The translations under genes were made by a program, and so were the position numbers. The notes below the pieces were generated by a model. That model had not been told where the DNA came from. It did no database searches and saw only the letters and a program-made list of their open reading frames with translations. Of a stretch of 53,511 bases of DNA, positions 1-13,038 are shown piece after piece. Position 1 is the first letter of the stretch, and each line of letters starts with the position of its first letter. Origin of the DNA: Paraspadella gotoi (Eukaryota > Animalia > Chaetognatha). The stretch spans positions 1 to 53,511 of the forward strand of contig JBJCIZ010000622.1 in NCBI GenBank assembly GCA_051294375.1, written 5' to 3'.

Positions 1-810
1 TTGAAAATGAGACAGAGAGAGCAGAGAGAGAGAGAGAGAGAAAGCAAGTGCCTGAAAATATATTACATTATGAAATGTACAACAATGTTAAAATTTGGTA
101 AACTTTAATAAGAATAATATCAACAATTAGCTACAGTAATAAATTAGTGGAAATGAAATAGAAGTTCAGAAATGTGAAATATTTATTGTTAGTGAGGGAA
201 TAGCTAAGTAATTAGGAAAAGGGAAATTTCAAGTAATAAGAAAGACTCAAAAATGAGCTGCCCCCCTTGGTTTATGAACAAATGAAAGGCTAGATTGATA
301 AGAGTCGGGTCATTGGTTGTGTTCATTGGCTGAGGAGGACCAGGTTGGTGGAGCCTTACTAGTGCAGAGCTGGGAAGACTTCCTTGCGGGGAAGAAACCA
401 AAGCGCGTACTCGGATTGTCTCTCTGGCCTGGTACGCCTGCCGACTGCCCCTCTTCTTTGCCTGCTGTGCGAGGTGGGCGGCTTGTCCATTCTTGCCACG
501 TTTCGCGACAGGAGTGGTTGGCCTCCCCCCCTTCCTCTTGCAGCCGTTCCTTTGGGCGGACGGCTCATCCACAGAGGAACGGGAATGATGTTGCATGCAG
601 TTGAAGGAGAGTATCGTCTGCCCCCATTGCCTGCGCAAGCGTCTCCGCCCCTAGTCTCGTGTGATGGAGATGGTGGGAATCATTGTGCGGACGTCGGGTG
701 AAGACGGCCTCCACCACGCTTTTGATAAAGCGAATCATAGCTTGGAGGGAGATTCGAATCGTCCCCGATCACGGTTCAAAGAGAGCTCGAGGCTTTGAAG
801 TAGATTGCAA
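1..810 (-). mobile_element. Penelope-like retroelement 3' remnant (end of GIY-YIG coding region, 3' region and partial pseudo-LTR)
   Basis: The reverse complement of ~700-810 aligns with 14897-15000 (AVYIKALKPSLNPDGGRFDLPPSYDSLIK segment, here frameshifted). 1-330 matches the pLTR sequence at 14430-14660 and, inverted, 15355-15430. Confidence 0.75.
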
Positions 811-859
811 CACAATGTTTTAAATTTACCTCATAATTATTATGTTTATTTAAAAATTG

Positions 860-2243
860 GGATAGATAAATCGAAAATTGAATGTGTTCGTGTAGGGGTA
901 GGAAAGTATGTGATAAAGCTGGGATATTAAATTTTTGATGGAATCGTAGGAGTGGGAAAAGAGTTCAAATTACGAAAAACCAAAGGACATATTTTTTTTT
1001 GATTTTTTAAAGTTTCTTCTTCATCTTTCTATCTCTCTCTGAGTTGATTGAATTTGATATTTATTGTATTGACCAAATTATGACAATTGACAAAAATATG
1101 CCAGTTTGACCAAATTCTTTAAATTGACCCAAATTATGCCAGTTGACCAAATTTCTGCAAGTTGATCAAGTTCTGCAAGTTGACCAAAATTATGCCTGTT
1201 GACCAAATTATGCAGTTGACCAAATATAGGGCCAGTTGATAAAGTTATGCCAGATTGACCAAATAGCCGGTTGACCAAATTATCTTAATTGATAATCAAA
1301 TCTATGTCACCGTTGACCAAATTATGTTCATGTGACCCAAATTATGGTCAGCTAGACCAAAATTATGTCAGTTAACCAAATTCATGTCTTGTTAACCAAA
1401 TTATTCAGTTGACCAAAATTTTATTTCAGTTGACCCAATTATGTCAGTAGACCAAGTTCTTATGTCAGTTTAACCAAATTATGCAAGTTGAATTAAATTA
1501 TGCAAGTTGACCAAGTTAGCCTTATTACCACTTAATTATCGATTGACCTGGAATTTTGTATGTGAGTAGAAAGTGTGTGATTGAAACAGGATACCAAGTT
1601 TCGATGGAATCTTTTGAGTAAGAAATGAGTTTAAATGGAAAAAAACAAAAAACCTGTTTCACTAATGATTATGAATTCTTTTTCCTTATATATTAAATGT
1701 ATATGCAGGATGTATTAATAAATCAAATAATCAGTTATATTAAATTAATTAGTCAATTATTAATCAATAATTATATTGAATCAGCAATCAATCCGTCCAC
1801 CGTCCCACCTTAACAAAAAGCTCCAAAAAAACTCGTGATTGTGCTGGTTGGATTGAGAATGAATTTTGTTGCTGTGGTAGAGAAAGGTTGTGGGGTATAA
1901 AGGCTGCGTATATAAAGTTTCGACGGAATCTCGTGTAAGTGAAATGAGTTTAAAGTTGGGAAAAAACATAAGTCGCATTTACTAAAATATTTACTTATTT
2001 TTAACCAATTAAATACTCTAAATTAATCATTTTGGATGGATAGATTGAGTTCAAATTTTTTGTGGTGGTAGAAAATTGTTGTAACGATGCTTAATATAAA
2101 GTTTCGCGTGGAAACGTACGATGGAAATGAGTTTAAATAAAAAAAAATAATGATCACATTTATTTGAATCATTTTACTTATTTTAACCCATAATAGATTG
2201 AGATGAAATTTTGTGAGCGGGTAGGAAAGTGTGTGAAGAAGCT
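860..2243 (+). mobile_element. Internal part of a Helentron-associated (HINE/DINE-1-like) element, family A
   Basis: Repeated ~130-bp modules (aaattttgtgtgtgggtaggaaa...aagtttcgatggaatc...aatgagtttaaatggaaaaaa). 1540-2243 is colinear with 44030-44714. Confidence 0.75.
1066..1516 (+). repeat. Minisatellite, ~18-19-bp unit (ttgaccaaattatgc/ncag)
   Basis: About 20 or more degenerate tandem units. The same array occurs inverted at ~20968-21166. Confidence 0.9.
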
Positions 2244-5200
2244 CTTCCTCTTTTCTGTTCTCTTTCTTAGTAGTTTTATTCTTTCTTTTTTCTTTTTTCT
2301 TTTTTTTCTTTTTCTTATCAGTTCCCTTTTTCTCTCCCTTTAGCTTTTAGTATTTTTCTAGTCTAGCTTTCTTTCTCTCCTAGTTTCGTCTCTAGCTCCT
2401 ATTTATAGACCTTGGCCTTTCTTTCCTTTTTTTTAATTATTCTCATTTTCTTTTTCTTTTCTTTTCTTTTTTCTTTTTTCTGCTAGTTATTTTCTTCTTT
2501 TAGCTTTTATCTCTTCTTTACTTCTTTCTTGCTTTCTCTTTTCTCTTCTCTTCTTCTCTTTTTTTTCTTCTTCCTTTTAATTTAGTCTACTAGTCTCCTT
2601 TTTTTCTTTTAGCTTTTTTTCTCCTTTTCTTTAGTTCTTTTTTTCTTCTTTTTACCTCTTCTTATTCTTTTTTCTTTTTCTTCTTTTCTTTCTTAGTTAT
2701 TCTTTATTAAGCTTCTAGCTTCTTTTTCTCTTCTCTCTTTCCTTTTTTCTGTTAGGTTTAAGTCCTTCTTACTTAGGCTTTTTAGTTTCTTCTTCTATTT
2801 CTTTTTTCTTAGTAGTTTAGACTAGCTATAGTATATTCTCTTTAGCTCCTTAGTCTTTAGCTCTAGATTTTTCTTCTAGTTTTTATTCTTCTTTTCCTCT
2901 TCTTCCTTCTTCTTTAGCTCCTTCTCTTTTAGTTTTTTTTTCCTGGCTCTTTCTTCCTTTCTTGTCTTTAGTTAGCCTTCTCTTTCTTTCCTAGTTCCTC
3001 CTTTTTCTCTTTTTTCTATTTTTCTCTTAGCTCTTTTTTAGTCTCTTTCTCTTCTTCTCCTTCTCTAAGCTCTTTCTTTAGCTTGTTTCTTTCTCTTTCT
3101 AGCTTTTCCTTTCTCTCTATTTTCTTTTGTCTTAGTTTTTTCTAGCTTCTCCTTTTCTTTCTTTATGTTTTTTCTAGTTAGTTATAGCTTTTTTTTTCTT
3201 TTAGCTCTTCAGCTTCTTTAGCTCCTCTTCTTCTTTAGTTTCTTTCTTTTTAGTCTGCTTCTTTTTCTCTTCTCTTCCCTTTTTCCTCTTTTTTAGTTTT
3301 TATTCTTAGTCTAGCTCTCCCTTCTAGTTCTTTCTTCCTTTTACTTTTTTTTTTTTTACTCTTCTTTTCTAAGTTTTTATTTCTAATTTCTTCTTTTCTT
3401 AGTTCTAGGTCTTTTTTCTAGTTTTTCTTTTTTTCTTCTCTTCGGCCTTTCTTCTTTCTTATTTAGCTTTTTTAGTTTTTTATAGTTTTTTCTCTTTTCT
3501 TCTACTAGTCCTTAGTTATTTTCCTTAGCCTTTTTTCCCTTAGCTTTTTTGAGTTTTCTCCTTTTTTCCTTTTACCTTCTTCTTTCCTTAGTCCCTAGTT
3601 CTTTTAGGCTCTTTTCTCTTTCTTTTCTTCTTTTTCAGCCTAACTTTCCCTTTTCCCTTCTTTTCTTTCTTTTCTCTTTTCTTAGCTTCTTTTTCTTTAC
3701 CTTTCTTCTTTAGTTTTTCTCTTTTTCTCTAGAGTAGTTTTTCTTCTGTCTAGTTTCTTTTCTTTTCCTCTTTTTTTCTTTTTCTTCTTTCTTTTTTCTT
3801 CTCTCTTTTTTAGTTTAGTCTTTACTTAGTTAGCCTTTTAGTTTAGTCTCCTCTCCATTTCTTTTAGCTTCTAGATTTCTCTTCTCTTTCTTTTGTTTTC
3901 TCTCTTCTTTCTTTATCTTTTTTTTTCTTTTCTTTTCTTAGTCTTTTCTAGCTTCTTTTTCTAGACTCTTCCTTGTCTTTTTCTCTCTTTTTTTTTCTTC
4001 TTTTCCTTTCTTTTACTCTTATTCTTAGCCAGTTTTTCTTCTCTCTTTTTCTAGTTCTTCTCTTTCTATTAGGTTCTTTTGCTTTCTCATTAGTCCTAAG
4101 TTTTTCTCTTTTTTCTTTTTTTTTTAGCTCTCTTTCTTCCTTTTTTTCTCTGATTCTTTAGTTCCTTATTTTTAGTCTCTCTTTCTAGCTGCTTCTTTTT
4201 AGATTTTTTAGCTCTTTTTCTTCTTTTTTCTTCCTTACTAGCTAGATCCTTTTAGTTCTTTTTAGCTCTTCTTTTCTTAGTCTCTTTTCTAGATTCTTTG
4301 TTCCTTTTAATTTTTTCCTAGTTCTCCTAGTTTTAGCTAAGCTCTGTGTTAGTTCTGTTCTTTCTTTAGCCTCTCCTTTTTCTCTTTTCTTCCTCTCCTT
4401 TCTCTTCTTTTCTTTTTTTTTTCTTTTCCTCCTTTTAGTTTAGCTTTAGACTTCTTTTTTTTTTTTAGTTTCTATTTTTTTCTTTTTACCCTCTCAGCTT
4501 CTTAGTCTTTTTTTTCTTTTCTAGTCTCTCTTTCTAGCTTTAATAGAGCCTTCTTCCTTTTCTAGTATCTTTTTCTCTTCTTTTTTTCTTTACTCCTTTT
4601 TGTCTTCTCTCTTCATCCTTACCTTTTTTCTTATAGTTCTAGATTTTCTTTCTTTTTTTTTTTCTTTTTTTTTTCCTATTTAGACTTATCTTAGTTCTCT
4701 CTTTTTAGTAGCCTAGTCTTTCTCTCTAGTCTATTCTAGTTCTTCTCTTTTTCTCCGCTTAGTTTTCTTTTTTTTTTTCTTCTTTTTCTTTTTTAGTAGT
4801 TCCTCTCTTCTAGCTAGTCCTTAAGTTAAGGTTTATCAGTTCTTATTTTTTTTTTTTAGTTTAGTTTCTCTTTTTTTTATTCCTTTTTTTTTAAGTTCTT
4901 TTTTTCTCTATCTATTTTCTCTAGTTTTTGACTTTTCTTTTCCTTTAGTTTTTTCTTTTTTTTTAGCTTTAGTTCTTTTTTTTTTTTTTATTTATTTTTT
5001 TTTCTCTTCTTAGTTGTTTTCTTTTTATTAGAGTTTCTTCTTTCCTTCTTTTTCTTTTCTTCTAAGTCTAGTAGTAGTTTTTTCTACTCTCTCTCTTTTT
5101 AGTCTTTTTCTCTAGTTGCTTAGTTCTCTTTCCCTTTCTCTTTTTTCTTTTTTCTTTCTTTAGTTCTCCTAGCTCTTCTCGCTCTACGCATCTTTTTCTT

Positions 5201-8200
5201 TCTTAGCTTCTTAGTCTTTCTAGTATTCCTTTCTCTCTATTCTCTGCTAGTTCTCTTTTCTCTTTAAGTTCTAGTATTTTCTTCATTTTTTTAGTTTTAC
5301 TTTTTCCTCCTTAGTAGCTTTTGTCTTTCTTTCTTCTAGCTTTTAGAAGACTCCTCATCTTCTTTACTTCCCTTCCTTCTCTTTTAGCCTTCTTTTCTTT
5401 TTTGTTTCTAGCTCTCTTTCTTCTTCCTTTAGTTAGCTCTTTACTTCTTTTTTCTTTCTCATACTTTAAGCTTTTCTTTCCTAGTCATTCTTAGCTCCTT
5501 CCCTTGCATTTTTTCCTTTCTTTTTTATAGTAGCTTCTAGCTTCTAGTCTCTTTCTCTTTTTTTCGTCTTTGTAGCTCTTCTTGGCTTTTTTTTAGTCTT
5601 AGTTCTCCTCACTTTCTCTTCTTCTTTTTCTTTTTCCTCTCTCTTTTTCCTCTTTCTTTAGTTCTTCCTAGTTTTTTTTCTTTTAGTTAGTAGTTTTTAG
5701 TCTTTCGCTTATTCCTAGTTCTCTTTTTATTCTTCTCTCTTCCCTTAGTTATTCTTAGTTATCTTTAGTTCTTTTATTCTTCTTTCTTTAGCTTTTTTAG
5801 CTCTCTTCTAGTTCTTTTTCCTTTTCTTTAGTTTATTCTCTTTTTTCTCTAGTCTCTCTCTTCTTTTTAGCCTCTTTCTTTCTTTTTTACTTTCTTCTTT
5901 TTTTTCCTTCTTAGTTTAGCCTTTTTATTCTTACTGTCTTCTTTCTTCCTCTTTTTATAGACTCTTTTTTCTTTCTTTTTTTTCTTACTCTTAGCTTTTC
6001 CTCCTAGTCCTTTTTCTTTTAGTTCTTTCTTTAACTCTCTTTCTAGTTCTTTCTCCTTTTTTTTCTTGCTAGTTCTTCTTCTTTGTCTTGAGCTCTCTTT
6101 TTCTTCCTAGTTTCTCTTTAGTTTTCTCTCCTGCCTTTTCTTCTAGTTTTCCCTTTCCTCTCTATTTCTCCTTCTTTCTCTTTTCTAGTAGCTCTTCCTT
6201 TCTCTAGCCTTCTCTTAGCTTTTTCTTTCTAGTTCTTTAAGATTTCTTTTCTTTTAGTTTCTTTTTTCTCTTTCTAGTAGCTTTTCTTTTCTAGTCTGCT
6301 CTTTCTTCTTCTTGCTTTCTCCTTTCTTAGTTATTTAGTCTACTCTTTTTTTCTCCTCTCTTTCTCCTTTTTTTTTTCTTTATTTAGTTTTTTTCTTCTA
6401 GTCTTCCCTTTTTTTTTTTTCTTTTCTTCTCTCTTCTTCTTTCTTTTCTTTTTCGACCTCTTTTTTTTAGTCTTCTCTCTTCTTCTTCCTAGCTTCTTTC
6501 CTTTCTTAGTCTCTATTTTTTCTTTTTTCTAGTCTTCTTGGCTCTTCTAGTTTTTTAGCCTTTTTGTTTAGTTTAGCTTTTCTAGTTCCTAGTAGTTTCT
6601 TTTTTTTTCTAGTTCTTTTTAGTCTTTTTTCTTTTCTCTAGTAGCTTCTTTCTAGCTAGTTTCTTCATTTTTTTCTTTTCTTTTCTTAGTTCTCCTCTCT
6701 TCTTTAGTTTTTAGTCTCTTATTCTCTTTTCCTTCTTCTCTCTTTTTAGTAGGTCATCTATAGCTTCTTCCTTTTTTTTTTTTCTTCTTTCCTATTCTCT
6801 GCCTTTTCTTTTTTAGTCTTTCTAGTTTCTCTCTATGCTTCATCCCTGCCTTCTCTTTTAGCATTTAGGTTTCTATCCTTTTCCCTTTAGCTTTAAGGTT
6901 TCTTCTTTTTCTAGCTTTTTTAGTAGCTTTTTAGCTGCTTTGCTTTTTTCTTTTCTTTCTCTCCTTAGTTAGTTTCTCTAGTTTCTTTCTTCTTCCGTTT
7001 TTAGTTATCTTCTTCTTTGCTTCCTTAGCTCTCTTCGTTCTTTCTTTCCTTTAGTCTTCTTCTTGCTCTTTTCCTTCTTCTTCTCTCTTTTTTCTTTCTT
7101 TTCTTCTTTCTTCTTTTAGTTTTTTTTCTTTTTCTCTTATAGCCTTGCTACCTCTTTAAGTTGTTCCTTGCTTTTCTTTAGTTCTATCCTTTTTAGCCTT
7201 TAGTTTTTTTTAGTCTTTAGCTTTTTTCTTAGCTAGTTCTTTAGCTTAGTCTTAGTTAGTTTTTCTTTTTCCTCCTTTAGTCCTTTTTTCTTTCTATTTT
7301 TTCTTTCTTTTTCCTCCTAATCTTTCTCTTTTTCCTTTTTAGCTCGTCTAGTCTTTTTAGTTTCTTTTAGTTTTTAGCTCCTTATATAAGTCTTTTGCTC
7401 TTCTTCCTAGCTTTTTTACGCGTAGTTAGCTTTTTTTCTTTTTTTAGTTTTCTTCTATTCTTTCTTCTCTTTTTACCGTCCTCTTATCTTTTCTCTTTTC
7501 TATCTTCTTTGCTTTCTATTGCTTCTATAATTCTTCTTCTTCTTACTTCTTTTTAGCTTTAAGTTGTTTTCTAGTTTCTCTCCTTTTAGCTTTTCTCTAT
7601 TTTCTTTAAGTCTTCTTAGTCCCGTTTTCGCTTCTCTCTAAGTCTTTCTCTTTTTTAGTAGCCCTTTCCTTTTCTCTTCCTTTTCTTAGTTCCTTTTCAA
7701 CTCTTTCTACCTCTTTCTTTAGTTCTCTTTTTTTCTTGCTTTTTCTTCTGCTTTTTTAGCTCTTTTTTTCCTTTCTTTGCTTTTCTAGCTCCTAGTCCCT
7801 TTCTCTTTCTAGTTTCTTTAGCTTCTCTTTCTTTCTTCTCTTTTTTTTTCTTCTTAGCTCCCTTTTTCTCTTTCTCCCTTTTTCTTTTACTTTTTCTAGC
7901 CTTACTCTCTTCTCTTTAGTTACTTTTTTTCTTAGTTTCTTTTCTCTTTTTAAACCTTTCTTCCTTTTCTTTTCCTTTTCCTTCTTTCTTCTCTTCTCCT
8001 TTTTTCTCTTTCCTCTTTAGTATTTTATCTTTTTTTTACTCGAGTTTTAGTCTTTATCTTTTTACCTCTTTTAGATATGTCACTATATATAATTTCTTAG
8101 TTTTTTTTTTTTTTTTCCTAGCTTCTCCTTCTCTTTCTAGCTTTTTCTAGGCTTTTTTCTTATCTCTCTTTCTTCTCTCTTTTTCTGCTTTTACTTTTTT

Positions 8201-11200
8201 TTAGCTTTTAGCTTCCTTTCTGCTTTTCTTCTTAAGTCTTCTCTTCTCTTAGTAGTATTTAGTTATCTTATTTTTAGTCTTTCCTTTTTTCCTTTTCCTT
8301 TTTAGCTTTTTTCTAGCTCTTTCTCTTTATAGCTTTTTTCTTTTTTTTTTTAGTTAAGTTCCCCTTCCTCTTTCTTCTCCTCTTTTCCTCTCTCATTCTC
8401 TTTCTTTTTCTCTTTCTTTAGCTTTATCCTGGCTTTTCCTAGTCCTTCCTTCTTTCTTCTAGTTCCGGCTCTCTTTTAGTTTAGTCTTTTTTTTTTCCTT
8501 ACTAGTCTCTTTTCTTTAGCTCCTTTCTTTTTAGATTTCTCTCTTCTTTTTATTAAGTTAGCTTAGTCTCTTTCTTTTTGTTTCTTTCCTTTCTAGCTTT
8601 TCTCCTTTTTTTTCTTTCTCTTCTAGTTTTCTTCTTCTCTCTTTTTTCTTTTTCTCTTCTCTCTTCTCCTTCTTTTTCTCTTTTTAGTTCTTTTTAGTTT
8701 CTCTTCTTTCTCTCTATCTAGTAGCTTTTCCTTTTTCTCTTTAGTTTTTTCTCTTTCTCCTTTCTTTCCTTTCTCTCTCCTTTTTATTTATTCTAAGTTT
8801 AGATTCTTCTTTATTAGTCTTTTTTGTTTTATTTCTCTTCCTTCTAGAGCTTAACGTCTTTCTTCTTTACCTTTTTTCTTCTTTCTTCTCTCCTTCTCCT
8901 TTAGCTTTTTTTAGTTTTTCTTTCTTTTAGTAGTCCTTTAGTAGTTGTCTTTTAGCTTTCTAGTTTCTTTTTCCTTTCCTCTTTACTAAGTCCTCTTCTT
9001 TCTTTCTTTTTTTACTTAGTTCTTTTTTACTAGTTTCTCAGCTTTCTTTTTCTAGCTTTATTTCCTTTTAGCTTAGTCAGTCTTCTATTTTAGTTAGTCT
9101 TTTTCCTTAGTTTTTCTCTTTTCTTCGTCTCTCTTTTCTAGTTCTTAGTTTCCAAGATTCTTCTTTTTATCTAGTCTTCTCTTTTTCTCTCTTTCCTTTT
9201 TCTTTTTTAGTTCTTTTTCTTTCCATTAGTAGTCTTTCCTTTTTTTTTTTTTTCTGCTTAGTCTGTTAGTTTTTTTTTTCTAGCCTAGATCTTAGGCTAG
9301 TTTCCTCTCTTTTCTCTATTTTCTCTCCTTTTTTCACCTTTAGTCTTTTTTCTAGTGTCTTTATTCCTCTTCTCTTTTTTCTTTATCTTTTTTTTTTTAG
9401 TTTTTTTTTTAGCTTTTTATTCTTTCTTTGCTGCTAGTCTCCTAGCTAGCTTAGCTTTAGTCATTCTCTTAGTCTTTAGTCTTCCTCTACTTAGTTTCCT
9501 TCTTTCTTTCTCTTTTCATTTTTTATAGTTTCTCTTAAGACTCTTTAGCTCCCCTATCTTTTTTTTTTCTAGCTTTTTAGCTTCCATAGTCTTTTTCCTT
9601 CTCTAGTACCCTTTCCTTAGTTGCTTTTTTAGTGCTTTTCTCTCTTTTTTTCTTCCTTTTTGTTTTTTTTCGATTTCTTAGTCTATCTAGTCTTTCTCTT
9701 TTTCCCCTAGACTCTAGTTCATGTCTTCCTTTCTTCTCTTAAAGCCTTCTTTCCCTTTCTTAGTTTCTTCTTATTTTCTCTCTCTTTTTCCTTTTCTTCT
9801 TTAGTAGCCTCTTCTTTCTCTTCTCTAGCTTTTCTTTCTCTCTTTTTTTTTTCTAGTTTATGTTAGTTTCTCTTCTAGTAGCTTCCTTACTTTAGTAGTT
9901 AAGATAGCTTCTAGTTTTTCTCTTGCTTCCTAGCTGTTTTCTCTCTTCTTTACCTTTTTTTCTTCCTTTCTCTTTTTATTTTTTTCTTCTTCTCTTCCTT
10001 CTTCTCTTCTCTTCTCTTATCTAGCTTGTTTTTAGCTACTTTAGTTTCTTCTTTAATCTTTAGTCCTCTTTTCTTTCCTTTAAGTTTTTAGTTTCTTCTT
10101 CTTTCTCTCTTTCTCTATCTCTTTCCTTCTCTTTCTAGTCTCTACCTTTTCTCCTCGTTCTGCCTCTAGCTAGATCCTTTTTTTTTTTCTCTTCTCTTCC
10201 TAGCACTCTTCTTCTCTTTTCTTCTTTCTTTTAGTTTCTTTTTAAGTTTTTTCGTTCCTAGCCTAGCTCTTTCTTCTTCTTTAAGCCTAGCTTTCTTTTC
10301 TTTAGCTTTATTTTCTTTTTTTTGGCCTCTTTTACTTCTCGTTCTCTACCTCTCTCCTTTTTTACTTCTTTTTCTTTCTAGCTTTTTCTTTTCTTATCCT
10401 TATTATTTCTCTTTTCTTTTTTCCTCTTAGTTTTGTTTTTTCTTTTTCTTAGCCTCTTTTCTAGTTGTCTTAGCCTTTTTCTTTTCTTTTTTTTCCTATT
10501 TTCCTCTTACTTCTTAGTCTAGTTATTCGTCTCTCTCTTCTCTTCCTCTCGCTCTAGTTTTGTTAGCTCTTTTCTTCTTTAGTATAGCTTCTTAGTCTTT
10601 CTTATTCCCTTGCTCTGCTAGCTATTCCCTTTCTTCTCTCTCTTTTCTCCTTATCTCTCCTTTAGTTTTTCTCTCTTGCCTCTCCTTCTTAGCCTCTCCT
10701 TCTCCTTTTTCCTCTAGTTTTTTCCTTTCTTTGTTTCTCCTTCTAGCCTTTTTTTTTTCTCTCCTTTTTTTCTCTTTTTTCTTCTCCCTTTTCTTTTCCC
10801 TCCTCTTTTCTCTAGCCTTTCTCTTATTTTCCTTTAGTTCTCTTATAGTCTAGTTAGTTCTTTTTTCTTTCTATCTCCTTTTTTGTGCTTTCTACCTGCT
10901 TTTTCTTTAGTCTTTACCTTCCTCTCTTTATTTTGCTCTCTTTAGTTCTTAGTTTCCCTTCTTTTCTCCTTCCTCTAGTCCTCCTTCTCTTCCTATTATT
11001 CTTTAGTTTTAGTTTTTTTCTTTCTAGTCCTTTCTCCTCTCTCTTTTTTCCGCTTCTCTTTTTTTTTACGTCTCTCTGTAGTAAAGCTTTCTAAGCTAGT
11101 TCTAGATAGAGCTTTTCTTTTTTCTTTTTTCTTCTCTTTTCTCTCTTTTTCTTATTCCTTCCTTTTAGCCTAGTTTTTTTTAGTTTTAGTTTACTTTCTG

Positions 11201-12284
11201 GCTCCTCTCTCTGCTCTCTCTAGCTCCTCTGTCTCCTCTTAGCTACTCTTCTAGCTCTTCTTCTTTTTAGTTTTAGCTTTCTTTCTCTCTTTGCTTCTCT
11301 CTTCCTTAGTTCATTAGCTAGTTTTCTCTTCTCTTTCTCTCTTCTACTTTGTCTTTAAGCTCTTTAGAAAAAGCTTTAGGTTTAGTTTTCTCTTTAGTCT
11401 ATTCCCTTAGTCCTATACATCCTTTAAGTTAGTTTTCCTCTAGATTTTTTTTCCTTTCTTTTTTTTCTACCTCTCCTAGTTTCTTTCTTCCCTTTCTTGC
11501 TTTCTCTTTTTTTTTTCTTCTCTAGTGCTCTATTCTCTCTTCCTTCTCTATCTTTTGTTCCTAGTCTCTTCTTCTTTCCTAGCTCTTAGCCTTTTTTCTA
11601 GTAGCTTCTTAGTCCCTCTTTCTTCTTTTATCTAGTTTAGTTCTTTTTCTTCTTTTCCTTCCTTTTTCTCTATTTCTCTTTCTTCTAGTCTCTCCTTTTT
11701 TTCTTCTCTTTCTCTCTTTCTTTCTTCTCTTTCTCTCTCTTCTCTCTTCCTTCTAAGGTATGGCCTTCTTTAGCCTTTTTTAGCCTTACCTTTTCTTCTT
11801 TTTCCTCTTTAGTCTTTTCTTTTTCTTTCTCTCTTTCTCTTTTTTCCGTTTTTAGTTTCTTTAGCTTGCTTCTTCTCTGTAGCTCCTCTTCCTTCTCCTT
11901 TAGTCTCTTATCTTACTCTTTTCTCTTTTTCGCCTCTCTCCTGCTGCTCTTTCTCTTCTCTTTTTTCTTTTTAGCTTTTATCCTTAGCTCTCCTTTTCCT
12001 TTCCTTTCTCTTTTTCTTTGCTCTTTTTCATTTAGTCTAGTCATTCTAGTAGTTCTTCTTTTTTATTATTCTTCCTTCTTTAGCTTTCTCTTAGTCTAGC
12101 TCCTCTCTCTCTAGTTCTTCCTTTTAAGTTTTAGTTTTTAGTAAGCTTTTTTTGTTCCTTTAGTAGTCTTTTCTCTTCCTAGTCTTTTCTTTATCTTTCT
12201 TTTTCTCCTAGTTTTTTCCTCTTTTCTCTTCTTTTCTTTTCTTTAGTAGATTTTTAGCTCTTTTCTAGCTCTTTTCTTCCTTTT
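2244..12284. repeat. ~10-kb aperiodic polypyrimidine low-complexity block (T/C punctuated by TAG/AGCT)
   Basis: Almost only T and C with frequent tag/agct words and no period. Its flanks rejoin to the uninterrupted repeat seen at 44704-44748 (gtgaagaggct|agatataaagttttgacgg). Confidence 0.9.
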
Positions 12285-12489
12285 AGATATAAAGTTTTGA
12301 CGGAATTGTGCCAGTGGAGAATGAGTTTTTAAATGGAAAAACATTTACTTGAATCTTTATTATTTATGATTACTAATTTATGATTACTAATAAATTTTTA
12401 CTTAATTAATTAATTTAATTTATGTGAAAAAAAATGATGCAATTTAAAAAAAATATGCCAAGTGAAAAAAATGATTGCAAGAAGAAAAA

Positions 12490-12574
12490 TGATGCAGTAA
12501 AAAATCCTAAAAGCATAAGGAATCGTCGCAATTGCCCAAAGAGAAGAGAGAGAAGAGAGAGAGTGACGAGAGAG

Positions 12575-12609
<35 letters not shown>

Positions 12610-12900
12610 AGAAGGAAAAAATGAGCATAAGGATCGTCGCCAATTGCCAAAGAGAGAGAGAAGAGAGAGATGAGAGAGAGATAGAGAGAGAGAGAGGAGA
12701 GAGACGAGAGCAGAAAAATGAGCATAAGGGATCATCGCCAATTTGCAAAGAGAAAGAGAGAGCAGAGAGAGAGAGAGAGAGAGAGAACCGAGAGGAGACG
12801 AGAGAGAGAGAGAAGAGCAGAAAAAAATGAAGCATAAGGCATCGTTGCAATGCAAAGAGAGAGATGAAGACGCGAGAAGAGAGAGAAAGAGAGAGAGTCC
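12490..12900 (+). repeat. Tandem ~100-bp unit containing a (GA)n microsatellite, about 4 copies
   Basis: aaaaatgagcataaggatcgtcgccaattgc(c)aaagagag... repeated; a single related unit lies at ~13900-14015. Confidence 0.8.
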
Positions 12901-13038
12901 GAAAAAAAATTAGTTAATAAAAAAGTTTTGTTATTTACTCACTTAGATAAATAATACTATAAATACTTACAAAATACATAAAATTGATAAATTATTTTGC
13001 CGGATTAACATGTGTTTAATCACATGCAAATATCTAGT

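Noticed and set aside
1066-1516. CRISPR-like array
   Set aside because: Units are contiguous with no unique spacers, in a eukaryotic context with no cas genes.
3973-12855. F/L/S-rich and R/E-rich ORFs
   Set aside because: These are translations of low-complexity pyrimidine and (GA)n tracts.
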